A stretch of 56,093 nucleotides of DNA, filler included, from Sphacelaria rigidula (Eukaryota): assembly GCA_964200075.2 (NCBI GenBank). It is 7 parts of 7 records of this genome, joined end to end, with 100 filler letters (N's around TTAATTAATTAA, not from the genome) between each part and the next. Parts side by side here need not be neighbours in the genome. Positions count along the whole stretch, not along the records: positions 32,113 to 40,040 come from CAXNAA020012951.1; positions 40,141 to 48,067 come from CAXNAA020012952.1; 5 more parts are not named here. The stretch is one strand, 5' to 3'. Below, one piece after another: positions 35,801-47,266 of the stretch. Position numbers and translations under genes: made by a program. Below the pieces are notes generated by a model. The model was not told the DNA's origin, did not search any database, and saw nothing but the letters and a program-made list of their open reading frames with translations. Position 1 is the first letter of the stretch. The number at the start of each line of letters is the position of its first letter.

Positions 35801-36538
35801 CGAAGCATTCAGCCGGGATCTAGCTTGGAGATTCAGACTCCGAGTGTAGCGACTCAGAAGAAGAGGATTCGGCATCGGAAGCGGGCAAAGACTACAACGA
35901 TGAATTCGCGTTTTGATTGCACCTGTATCGAAAGTCGTAGACATGTTTCTTGCAGATGAGTTGCGTAGGTATATAAGTAACCGTGGGAGTTATCTTCAGC
36001 GGACGGAAGTTACAACCCGTGCGTAGGGTTGATGGGGACGTTGTAGAGTGCCTGATGCAGTGCGCCCTTGTGTGCAGACGTCTACGGCGGGTCGTCCGGC
36101 GACACCCTTGGGCGAATCGCCGGTTGTATCTCAAGATAATGCGTGATACTATAATAGTGGAACGAACGACTAACAAAGCGAAAATGATGAGCAAGACGCG
36201 GTGTTGCAGAGAACCTCATGGAATACTGTGCAACACGACCACCACACGCGCGTGGACTGCAGTCGTGAGGCGGCGTTCATAGCGCTCTGGACTGCGGGCG
36301 AACCGCCACGAATATTTGGTGTGGTGACAACCGATCGTGAAAGTTGAGGACAACGATTTTCATTGACGATGATAAGTCGGTTTATTACAATCTTCATTTA
36401 TGTGGACCATTTTTTTTTTCAATATGCCTGCATTCCTTCACGTGCCGATAGCTACTGTATCACCAATTTCTGCATGCCATACAAGATTGAAATCCGATAA
36501 CCGAATTTCTGGGGTTCGATGTATATACGTTCTGTGGT
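32805..36538 (+). mobile_element. Academ-like DNA transposon, deletion copy B (XPG/PIN nuclease + CXC + acidic tail); left end may extend towards the contig start
   Basis: Shares 5' and 3' blocks with 10767-15870. Confidence 0.75.
33427..35916 (+). pseudogene. Decayed XPG/FEN1-like nuclease domain plus Cys-rich CXC finger
   Basis: After a CTACAG acceptor: GHSNKS..AVDYA..LAHDDPDAVRIIKAHEQRGR, then VTSTDTDQWIL, SAGCDFLPRVSGI and LRCACKPE..CRDCR..NCTLSCGC. Several stops and frameshifts. Confidence 0.72.
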
Positions 36539-38583
36539 CATGGTCGGGGGGGGCGGGTACGTGACAAAGATGGAACATGTAATCCATCCTCCATTTCGCA
36601 GCACAGTGGTTCCAAGTGCTGCACGATGGAGGAAGATCAGATGCTGTTTTCCGTCTCTAACCCTTCATTATTACCCACCAAACTTCGGTCCCCATCACAC
36701 CGCACAGTCGATGTGACTACATGTGCTTCGAAGCAAACCCTGAAGCAGTTTCCATGGTATGTCTTTTGTTTCCGACAGCTTACAGTATTACTGACGACAC
36801 AAGGAATCGGCAGACCGTGAGTGTTTCTTTTCTTTCCTTTTTTTTCTCTGATCACGAGCTGGAGTGTTGCAATCAGCTACGTAATGCGCGATCATCTTTT
36901 CGTGTTGCTCGTGCTTGTGTTTGTGTTGTGTATGTCTTTGTTCGTCTTTATTTTGTTGTTCTTGTTGCTTGGTGGTGGTGGTGGTGGTGGCGGTGGTGTT
37001 TTTTTGTTAATATCACTGCGCCCTTTCTTTCCTTTCTGAGGCCGTTGCTCCTGTCTTTTTCTGGTCCTTTCTTTCTTCTTTATTTTTATTATTCTGTTTT
37101 ATTTTTGCTGCTCCTAACCACGGGCCGGATTGTAGCAATCAGCTAATGTGATATAATCAACCAATCAATCAATCAAGTGTGCGTTTACACCTTGCGCGGC
37201 GATCCCGTAGGCACGCTTCATGCGCCGCCCCAGCGACTGTGACAAGCACATGTCTGGAATATCTTTCCCACTGGCGGCCAATGTTAATTGTTGCATGTAT
37301 GCCTGCGGGAGAAGATATTCCCCACGCTGTAAACCAAATGGACGCGGCGCAATTACTACCTGCTCAATGTGGATATCACATGTGGACCGATGGGTTTTCA
37401 CGCCGCACCTCACATGTTTTAACATCCGCCACCGAGATGGCAATATTTCAACGCACACGGCAGCTATCGACACAAATCGAATTGATCTGTATAGAAAAAC
37501 GCGTACCTACCAGTCCTCCACTTCTTGGCGGCCAGCACTCTTGTCACAGAATTGGAAGTTGGGGTGAAGTGAAGATAATCTACTTCAGATATTGCACTGT
37601 TTCGACACTCAATTGAAGTCTGCCAGGGCTTGAACGACGGCTAGTGTTTAGTAGAACCTGCCTCTAGAGTTTCGGCTTCGTGACGTCCGTCAGTGGTGAT
37701 ATTCTGTCGCGTGAAGGACGGATATGTTGGAAAATGACTCTCTCGCTCGTACAAAAAAGCAGTACTTTTTTTAGGGATATCCATCGCTGTTTTGTGAGCT
37801 GTACTGGGTGGAATCGAGCCGGACTCGGATGAGAAGGTAGCTCCAGATACATACTACAGTCGTGTATCGCTTTAGTTGCTATATAACCTTATGTACACTT
37901 CTTAGACTCCGTCACGTCTTCATTTTGGGGGGTGGTGGAAAACGTGACACTAACCCCCGGCGTAAAATTGTTCTGTTTGTTTGTGAACACCAGAATGGAA
38001 AATGGCTTGTGAAATTGTACAAAAGGTGAAACTGCTGGGCTAGATTTGGAAGTTATTGAGCGCCATTTTATGCGCTGTGGTGATTCATGTATTAATAGAA
38101 CTGAAATCTTCAAGGATGTGGTTTGAATCATGATCTGCGGGGGTTTGTCATTATTATTGTATACTCGCTGTATGTATTGCTTTCAGTGACTGATTACCCG
38201 CAATGGCTATTTGCCTGAAGTCGGTAAAATCTTCAGGGCGTGGTAAAGAGCGTGACACTAGCAAACGGCGCCACCGCTCGCATCACTTGGCAGTCACAAG
38301 GTGGTTATCTACAGCGCGCCTCGGTACAACCGATGCATCATCAGTATACACAACAATGAGGGCACAACAAGATAAGTAGCTAGAGTGAACATCTAAAGTG
38401 AAGAGGTGAATAGCCGAGGGTACGCAAAAAACACGGTTACGTGGACATAAGCGCGAAAGCTGGCCGACCCAAGCTCTCAGTTGAACGTTAGGCTGTCTCG
38501 ATTGCATGCCTGCTGTGTACCCAGGAGGTAACACGCAACACGGAAGAAAAAATGCTGGCGCACACCCGCGCAAATAAGCTTAC

Positions 38584-39089
38584 CTGAACTTCTCGAGCGA
38601 AGATTTCGTAGCATGGCCGATGTCGAAGCACTCCCCTGTGGACGACATGCGTCCCTCCTCGAACCAAGACAGGTATCGCGCCAATTGATCTCGGGGGTCG
38701 TGACCGGACGACTCGATGAGGCTCTGTGCCAGGCACAGGGCCAAGCTGGTATCATCTGTCCACTGACCCTTCTCAAGTCGGTGTGCGCCACCCCCGACCA
38801 TGTCTGTAACAGGAGGAAATGTGCCTCTAGTCTGAAACTCCGAGGTGCAGCCAACAGCGTCGCCGCATGACAGTCCTAATAAGACGCCGGCAACTCGGTC
38901 TGCGGTTGAGATGGCACCATCTTGTCGCTGCTGTTGTACCGCAGACGCGGACATCGTGAGTCTTGCCTTATACTCGACTGCAGGGTGCGCAAATGCTACT
39001 ACCGTACGGTACGCCAGCGACGGGTTCGCTGCTCCAGCGTTAACAATGGCGAGACAGGTGGTGGTGGTGACTATCACGCCCGTGTTCAT
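38584..39089 (-). CDS. ADP-ribosylglycohydrolase (DraG/ARH family), first exon
   Basis: LLGLSCGDAVG..EF, GQWTDDTS and GRMSSTGECFDIG motifs. ATG with an upstream in-frame stop; GTAAGC donor. Downstream exons not found in the contig. Confidence 0.88.
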
Positions 39090-39571
39090 TTCACCCTACT
39101 TGCTGCGGTTACCCTGGACTGGCTTAATTTTTCTCAGAATTTTCCTGCAGAACGGTAATATCTGTAGGAAGTGAGTCAAGCAGGTACTGTCTGTCGTATA
39201 CTAATAAAAAACGGTGATGCCAGGAACCCGAAGAACGTTCCGAGGGTGTCGATCATCCCCCCCCCGCAATACGTAGTATGCCTTCTGCTATCCGCTGGGA
39301 AGAGGTTATGAGCTGCTGTGTGCACAGATATTTGGCATATACGCCCTTGACACGGTGGACACGCCCCTCCCTAAGCTCATCTTGCGCAGCTCACCTTACC
39401 AAGATTACATTTTTTTATGAGCTCATGCTGCTCCGCGTCGAGTGTCGAGTGCCTCGAAAACATACCTGCAACCCGGATAAGTTTGACAAGGCGTGATATA
39501 TGATGTTGCTAATCTGGGTACAGGCTGTCGCTACGAGCTGGGCCAGCCTAGAGGCGGATTTGAAGTTTGCC

Positions 39572-39835
39572 GGCCCATGCTCTTTTATACATTTAGAGTT
39601 GGACCCTGAAATTTGGTATGGACAACGCATGGGGCATTAAAAAAATAAAAATCGGTACCAAAAGTTTTTTTTTCAAGAGTTGAAGGCATTTTACTTGTGC
39701 CTGAAAACTGATTATTGCCCTTAACTCATGAAAAGAAAAAACCTTTGGTACCGAGGTAATTTTTTTTTCATGCCCTGTTCATTGTCCATACCAAATTTCA
39801 GAGTCCAACTCTGAATGTATAAAAGAGCATGGGCC
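39572..39835. mobile_element. MITE with GGCCCATGCTCTTTTATACA termini (PIF/Harbinger-like start)
   Basis: Long inverted arms, perfect over the first ~22 bp. No TSD visible. Confidence 0.8.
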
Positions 39836-40388
39836 TATCAAGAACCGGGTCGGTAGAAATTCGGAACAGTATTTCGCAGGCCACTCACCGGCCCACGTTT
39901 GGTTTTCGTGTATTGAAATTTTGTGTGGGCGCTCTCTAAGGCATAATTAACAAACAGAAGTGGGTCAGATTGATTTTTTTCATTTTTTTTCACTGGTTTA
40001 AGGCGTGTTACTATGGTAAAGACCATTTCTTCACGAGAACNNNNNNNNNNNNNNNNNNNNNNNNNNNNNNNNNNNNNNNNNNNNTTAATTAATTAANNNN
40101 NNNNNNNNNNNNNNNNNNNNNNNNNNNNNNNNNNNNNNNNGTTTTAGGCTTGAACCTCATCTCGGAGGTACACCTCAATTCTCACAATTTGTTGTTTATT
40201 GTTGTTTTTCTCGATATGAAAGGGCGAGACATCACACGCGAGTCATCAACCGGCGCATTTAGCCTTGATAGTCTTTCGTCTCGGGCTCGTGAACCCTATT
40301 TTTGGGGCACCCGTTGACAATTTATTTCAGTCGAATTCATCGGCTTTGGGGATACGTTTCAGAATGGCTGATATCACTTGATTTTCAT

Positions 40389-40945
40389 GTCAACTACGAG
40401 AAGCGGAATTTTCGTGAGGCTGACAGTCCCGTGTGCCCCTCGCGTGTGCAGAACGTTTCATTGAAATGGCGCCGATTTGGGGTCTACCAAGGCCGCACTT
40501 TGTAGAGGGAATGTATCTTCCGCCCTTGCCCGAGGGCTCTCGGTATGTGTTGGTTGGAATTAGGGTTAGGGGTAGCGATACTTGTAAAATTGTGCCACCA
40601 TTCTGAAACGTAGACTAACAACCGTTGACCCTTCGACCGCGGTGCGGGTAGTTCATCTGGATCACGCATACTTCTTTGAAGTAAAAATTGATGCCGATTC
40701 AGCAGGTGACCTACCCTCGCGGTCTAGGTGAGAGGACCTGAAGAAATGTTTGTAGATGATGGTTGATGAGGAACAACATGGAAATTTACAAAATAACACT
40801 AACACCAACACTAACCCTAACCCTAGCCCCGACCCAAGGGGCACAAGACCCTCGGGCGAGGAGGGTGCATAGATTCCCCTAGGCGAAGCGTGGGTTGGCA
40901 GACTTAAAATCGTCGCGGCAGGCGCCGATTTCGACAAAAACACGT
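40389..40945. repeat. Decayed foldback with TTAGGG/CCCTAA motifs in its arms
   Basis: Arms ~40440-40590 and 40780-40945 are inverted homologues and are related to 17825-18048. Confidence 0.65.
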
Positions 40946-40947
40946 TT

Positions 40948-41000
40948 CGGAGGAGGAGGAGGAGGAGAAGGAGGAGGAGGAGGAGGAGGAGGAGGAGGAG
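40948..41000 (+). repeat. (GGA)n microsatellite
   Basis: Read directly from the sequence. Confidence 0.95.
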
Positions 41001-41239
41001 CTGGGTCCACTGCTCACCTGCCTCAAACCATATATTTTTTCAAAGCTTTATCAAGCATAAAACCGAGTAGCCATCCCTGTCAACTATTGTGTACGAACTT
41101 TTCTTTAGGTCTACTGCTCCAAGGTTCAACTAGCCTCTTACTTTGCTGAAAGCCAACGTGTCTTGTAACAATTTGAAAGGTGCATGTGACCGCCGTTCGA
41201 ATAAACTGGTCGTTCTCAATCATATCTTCAACTCTCAAT

Positions 41240-42380
41240 CGCACGAAAACATTTTGAATCGGTGATCGGCTCTTGTACTACACTAAAACGGTATTTCGTA
41301 TCTGCAGCCACTCTCCACAATTACAACACCACATGGATTGCAAAAGAGCACCAGCTATTGTATATACACTCATCACACGGATTATAAAAGAGCACCAGCC
41401 ACTAACACGGGACTTTACACGTTGGGGATACATTTTTCATTGGGGATAAAAACCCGCGGAATTCAATTCTTCGTATCCACACCAAATCTTCGGGATATGG
41501 TTCCATTTCCTCAATTGCTGGTAGCTATTGACAACTACTTCACGCCATAAAAAAAATGATTTCAATAACCGAAATATTGGGGTCCTGGGTAAAACAAATA
41601 TTTGGGGTCCGATCGGATCACCTGAATTCCCCAATATTGGTTTTTCACCTAGGACCCTAACATTTCGGTCATCAAAATCCCAAATGTATGGTGTGTAGAA
41701 GTCATCTATAGCTACCAGCAAGTGAAAAAATGGGACTATATTTCGGAGAGTTGTTGTGAATATGAAGATTTTAGTTCTCCGGATGCTCATCCCCAATAAA
41801 AAATCCATCCCCAATTTATTTGTAAAATCTCGTGCTCACAGCAGTACTCCATTGCTCAATCGCTTCATTGCACAATCGCTGTCGTCAGTGTGGTGCACGA
41901 CGATAGTACTGTAAGTTCGAACGTTTATATTGCCCACGGTATCGCAAATTGACTTTTAATTTAAAATCTATTGAAAGAATTGGCGATCGGCTCTCGCACT
42001 ACACTACAATAGTAGCTCATATTTGTAGTCGCTCTCACGAAGCTGGCATCACCTCTAATCAAGCCGGTTGGCGTGTTATGCTTGCCTCTCTCAACAAGTA
42101 CGACACCACATGAACTGTAAAAGAGCACCAGCTATATATGCTCACCACACGGATTATTAAAGAGCACTAGCCACAGCAGTACTTTATTGCTCTGTCGCTT
42201 CATACCTACCACAACAAGTGTGGTACTTTATTGCTCAGTCGCCTCATTGCACAGCCGCTTTTGTCAGCGTGGTGCATGACAGTACTATAAGTTCAATTTT
42301 TATACTGTACACGGTACATGAATTCAATATTGAACGGTATTGAAATTTGGAACTTTATATTTCAAATCTATTCAAAGATT
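41240..42380 (+). repeat. Diverged tandem repeat, ~300-340-bp unit
   Basis: gatcggctct..aaaagagcaccagcta..cacggattat at ~41265 and ~41985; cacagcagtac at 41837 and 42172. Confidence 0.75.
41404..41836. mobile_element. 433-bp foldback MITE inserted into the tandem repeat
   Basis: Termini aacacggga/tctcgtgct with imperfect pairing along the length. Flanks cact/caca. Empty site gccacagcagt in the next unit. Confidence 0.82.
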
Positions 42381-42526
42381 TAGTTTTTGAAATCCATATC
42401 ACGGGTCGATCCAGGAATCGTGCCAGGTCCTAAGGCAGCATTATGCCTTCCTCCATTCGCTAGGGTTAGACGTGTGTCATGTTCCAGTTTTGAGCAATCA
42501 GGGGGGGTTCCGAGCCCACTGGGATC

Positions 42527-43296
42527 ACTTCGTTGTCCAGACTTCTACTTGAGTCTAGACCTAGCATCAACAATCAATACACGACACAACGACTCTCCAA
42601 TCCTGCGATTTGTCTTGTACTGCTTCCACTGCCTCATTACCGAAGATCCGCTGACCACATCTCTAGTGAGCTCCCGGGTCAACGATCTTACATCGAGAAG
42701 GCAATCGCATGCAGATACCTTGTAATGGTTTGGGGTTACGTGCAAGACATCTAGAGGCAGCCAGCTGTACATCCAGACAGCTGCTATCGAGAAGCCTTGC
42801 CAATACTCTGGGTATGCGCTAGTCTTTTCTTAAGATATGTTCCATGGTGTCCAATCCGAGAATCGAACTCAAGTTTCCACAACCACAATGGACTAATTAT
42901 ACTAATTATATTTATTATAATATAGTACACCACATTGTGGTTGTGGAGACTTGAGTTCGATTCTCGGGTTGGACACCATGGAACATATCTTAAGAAAAGA
43001 CTGGCGCATACCCAGAGTATTGGCAAGGCTTCTCGATAGCAGCTGTCTGGATGTACAGCTGGCTGCCTCTAGATGCCTTGCACGTAACCCCAAACCGTTA
43101 CGAGGTATCTGCATGCGATTGCCTTCTCGATGTAAGATCGTTGACCCGGGAGCTCACTAGAGATGTGGTCAGCGGATCTTCGGTAATGAGGCAGTGGAAG
43201 CAGTACAAGACAAACCGTAGGATTGGAGAGTCGTTGTGTCGTGTATTGATTGTTGATGCTAGGTCTAGACTCAAGTAGAAGTCTGAACAACGAAGT
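42527..43296. repeat. 770-bp palindrome: ~364-bp arms with a 42-bp AT-rich spacer
   Basis: Arms 42527-42890 and 42933-43296 are highly similar reverse complements. Confidence 0.95.
42923..42978 (+). pseudogene. 5'-truncated tRNA-His(GTG) copy with encoded CCA; shorter antisense copy at 42845-42890
   Basis: CCACA-TTGTGGT-TGTGG anticodon arm, AGAC variable loop, TTGAG-TTCGATT-CTCGG T arm, GTTGGAC-A-CCA 3' end. Confidence 0.8.
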
Positions 43297-43698
43297 ACAA
43301 CGAAGTTCAAGAAGTCTAAAGAGTCGTGCTTCATGAACGGCAATTGCGGAATATGCACCAAAGTAAAGGATCCTGGCACATGAAACGGTGCCTGGGATAA
43401 AATTCATGTTGCACGAATGATGGGTGAGAACAAATGCAGTTTGATCCATGTGCATGAAAATGAGAAGTGGGGAATGTGTACGCGTGATCCACGCAGTCCG
43501 ATTGACATGTTGAAATAATGTACGCTTCAGTCATACCGCACGAATGACTGATGTGAATCTTGTACGGCAACAGTTCGGAGCTTGATGCATGAAAGACGCC
43601 GCCGCGGCCTTTTCTTTTCGTGTTTCCACGAACATGACACCGCATACAACGCGGATACATACTGTATCATACTGTATTTCACAAAACGAATTAATAGG

Positions 43699-44418
43699 CT
43701 ACTGATCGTCCTGCGACCCGGGCATACTCAAGTCTAGAGGTGGTACTATATGCTCTCTTGTCATCATCGCTGTCGTGTTTCCTTCCCTTCTGGTATGTCC
43801 ATTCGTTTGCTGCCCCTTCGAATCCCGCCCGTCCTCGCCATTGACGGACCTTCCATCATTTCTCCTCCCTCTATCGCCTACATCTACGCTCCCGCCGTGA
43901 TCCCGGCACCGGCCGGACCCACTCCCCCGCCCTTCGTCATCACCACGGTCTCTGCTGTCGTCATCGGTGGTACTTATCTCAGCCCGACCGGTCCCACCGT
44001 ACGCACGCCCGTCTCCCTCTCCGTGCGCATCACTACCCTTAACTACTTTCCCTGCCCCGGCTGCCACCGCGGGCGCCTCCACCTCTGAGTCTTGCCCCGA
44101 CCCAGCTAGAGCGATATTGGTGGCCTGGCTCGCTACCCTATCCCAGACGGCGACAGGAGGGCGGGCGCGTGGGGGCGGCGGCGGCCGACCGTCCCGTCCC
44201 GAGTAATCTTGGTTGGAGATCACGTCAAAACCGGCACGTAGTCGATCGGCATGCCGTCTGTAGGACGGGCGGTTAAGGGCGCGCTCCTCGCTGATGACCT
44301 CGGCCTGCTGGTGCCGGCGGACGTTTTGCTCGCTAACTTCTCTTCCCCGTGTGCGCTTGCTGAGGCCGCGCTCTGCCACGCATTTTGCTTCCTCGGACTG
44401 CTTGACTTGCCCCTTTGA
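43699..44418 (-). CDS. Conserved unknown protein, probable terminal exon (EERALNR..GFDVISNQDYSGRDG)
   Basis: CAG acceptor in phase 0, 240 codons to TAG. Confidence 0.7.
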   Translation of the reverse strand, partial: SKGQVKQSEEAKCVAERGLSKRTRGREVSEQNVRRHQQAEVISEERALNRPSYRRHADRLRAGFDVISNQDYSGRDGRPPPPPRARPPVAVWDRVASQATNIALAGSGQDSEVEAPAVAAGAGKVVKGSDAHGEGDGRAYGGTGRAEISTTDDDSRDRGDDEGRGSGSGRCRDHGGSVDVGDRGRRNDGRSVNGEDGRDSKGQQTNGHTRREGNTTAMMTREHIVPPLDLSMPGSQDDQ

Positions 44419-45472
44419 CTGCTTGTGAGTAATAGCCGTGGGTCAGATATTCAACACGACGGATTATTTGCGATTGTCGAACAGTGCGTCGTGTTCCATG
44501 TCCATGTGTGTTGTTCGTCGATGATGGTTTATTGTGCAGATGCGATGCGGTGCCAGAAATACCGGCAAGCGTTAGTCGTTCGGGGAATAAGAGAGGGAGG
44601 TGAAGGATCAGTACGGTCAGCCTAGAGATCATTCGGTTGAAGGGGGGGGGGAGGGGTATAATCCAGGATACGATTCCAAGCATGTCAAAACCCTGAGAGG
44701 CTGGGTGTCAGCTGACTTCAGCTTCGTACTCATGGCTGAGAGCTGAGAGAATGCTGTCATGCTCATACCTAAGCACTCAGCTCTAACTTAATCTAGCTGT
44801 TAAATTCCTCGTTTTCATCCAACCCTGAGCAAAGTGGGTCAATGTGATCACTTGGTTATAGATGTCTGTCTACACTAGCCATCATATTGATGCATCTTCT
44901 CAAGGAAGCTTATCCCTAAGCGTATAGTACCATCGAGCATGCCCATTTGATACCATTGCAAAAATATGATGCCTGGACCGAAAAAATAGGATTCTCCAGT
45001 GTAAGAAGGGCGAATGGCCCACTCTCCTCAGGAACGATGAAGGCCATCCACCAAACCACTCCAATTTTCGCAACAACAAAAGTTCATCACAGACACACAC
45101 ATTCATGTACGTGCGTATCGTGTCTGAATGTAACAGAATCATGATACGGAGGAACGGTACTCGAAACGAGCGTACCGTTGAATATTGAGATCTCTAGATC
45201 ATATCAATAGATTCGGAGCTGCATCGAAATGTATCTAGAGCTGTGGGATATATCTAATATCCCGCGGGCGAAGACTATGCCGCGCGGGGCAAAACAATGT
45301 CCCGCGGGACTTCGATACGCCACGCGGGACATTTGGTTGAGGTGTGGTTCCAGTCGTTGTAGATTAGAGTTGCCGGCGCCCTCTTGGTTCACTTCCTTTT
45401 TATCCGTCTCAATGAGTAGTACATGAGAGGGTCACGTTCATGATTTCACATTCACCGGACTTCGGTTTCACC

Positions 45473-45506
<34 letters not shown>

Positions 45507-45523
45507 CACACACACACACACAC

Positions 45524-45773
45524 CTCCTTGTTGATGATATCATACTCGTTTCCCTCGCCATACCGAATGCTGGGTGGCAGCCGGTGTTTTTGGGCCTTGC
45601 CCTGCATTGCCTCCAACCTTTCCCTAGTGCGGACGAAATCCTGCTCCTTTTCACGGTCGTAGTACGTACCGGCGATGAAATTGTAGTCGTGCGTCCGGCG
45701 GTACTTTTCTTCGGCCTTCTCGCGTAGGAACTTGGCTTCCTCCAACATGCGCTCATCGTGCTTTTCCAAGTAT
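45524..45773 (-). CDS. Same gene, exon (YLEKHDERMLEE..THDYNFIAGTYYD..YDIINKE)
   Basis: TAG acceptor and GT donor, phase 2/0; joins to give VLSNR-YLEKH. Confidence 0.82.
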
Positions 45774-45809
45774 CTATTTATCGTTGTTGTGTCACCCGAT
45801 TTGCAAAAC

Positions 45810-46042
45810 GAGAGACAGGAAGGGGTGAGGGAGAGAGGGGAAGATAGACAGAGAGAGTGGGGGCACACAGAGAGAGTGGGGGCACACAGAGAGTGGGAGG
45901 CAGAGACAGAGACAGAGACACAAAAGAAAGACACACAGACCCAGACACAAAGGGACACACAAACACAGAGACAGAGACAGGCAGAAAGACAGGCAGGCAG
46001 GTATGCAGACACACAGACACACAGACACACAGACACACAGAG
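45810..46042 (+). repeat. Intronic GA/CA-rich low-complexity microsatellite
   Basis: Read directly; (CAA)n(CA)n also present at 45472-45523. Confidence 0.9.
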
Positions 46043-46406
46043 ACGTTCACATCCTAAGATACGTATACGCAGTACACCGGAGTAGAGAACGGCAGCTAAC
46101 AAATAACTGCACGGTTAAGTGATACCGACAGCTTTGAGATTTTGGCACACGTGAACTGGGTCGTGATACTTGTCGCTTTTTCCCGTACACGTGTGTATTC
46201 CTCATGAAATCGATCAACGAACGAAAACGGGGTGGACCTCTAAGGTGAGACGAGAGATGAGCGAAACCCCGCGCTCGATCGACTGCGCTGGAGAGATGTC
46301 CACATAAAAAAAAAAAACACCAAAGCAGCGACCTGCAGCCATATATGAAGTACCACGAACGACGAGTATTTTTTCCCTGTTATTTTCGTGCCTGCCTCTC
46401 TCGCAC

Positions 46407-46618
46407 CTATTGCTTAGTACGTCCACGTCGCGCTTAAGGTGACTATGTGGCTTCTTGCCACCCCCCAATGTCACCGGCTTTTGTAGCAACACCTCGGGCG
46501 ACTCGCCCTCGGGGTAGATGAGGGCCAAAGAGTGGGATTTCTCCCGCGGTACATGGTTGACGATATCGTATGCTGTTCGTGTGTCCGGATGACGCTTAGG
46601 CTTTACCCTGCCTGAATC
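46407..46618 (-). CDS. Same gene, exon (DSGRVKPKRHPDTRTAYDIVNH..RDVDVLSNR)
   Basis: CAG acceptor, GTGCGA donor, phase 0/2. Confidence 0.8.
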
Positions 46619-47266
46619 CTGTACATGTATTGCAAAGGTAGAAGCGCGAGACGTGAACAGTAATGGAGTCGGGCTTCCTTGCATAGGTGGTAAAGAGCGC
46701 TGACGTGAGTGATGAGCCTCGCGCGGACTGAACCATGGCCTATAGCTTGACAATTTAGATAGACGCTAGCACGTGAAATCGATATAAACACAGAAACAGT
46801 ATGGCGAACAAGACGTGCTGGAGCATAGGGTAACTGAATGGCGTCATTATTGTCTTACAACACTCACGCGGCCTCACAATAGGTAGGAATATGCTGTTTT
46901 GACGCTCACGTTGATTATTCCGAAAGACTACTGAACGAAATACTGTGGCTCTCGCGGTGTCAGTCCACCGGGAAGAGAGGGTCTACATCCGACCGAAAAC
47001 GCATGAAGGTGTCTTTCCCGAACCTCCTCACAAACATGTACCACGGGGATATAGTGATGATGTTATACCGGCCCGAATCGCGGGCGGCACTTGATTCTTC
47101 GAAGAGATAAGAGCATTCTGAAACACCGTTGCACGCAGGAGATCGAAAAATTGAGGCTTCTCCTTAGTATACACGGTTCATGTCGCGTATTTATACAAGT
47201 ATGATACCTACGATCCGGCACAGTTATGACCTTGCGAAAGCCATACGTGCATCCAATATCACCCAC

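Noticed and set aside
38220-38300. VMRAVAPF as ARH exon 2
   Set aside because: No preceding GNG motif, in-frame stops nearby, and no phase-compatible acceptor.
42530-42890. HxD...FHG pattern suggesting a 2OG-Fe(II)/TET-JBP dioxygenase
   Set aside because: The frame has stops in both arms, and the FHG codons overlap the tRNA CCA junction; better explained as non-coding LTR/tRNA sequence.
42923-42978. Functional tRNA-His gene
   Set aside because: The 5' acceptor strand and A-box are missing and CCA is encoded, so it is a retro-copied fragment.
45732-46102. ORFs rich in CV/SL or TQ/RE repeats
   Set aside because: Intronic dinucleotide low-complexity sequence.
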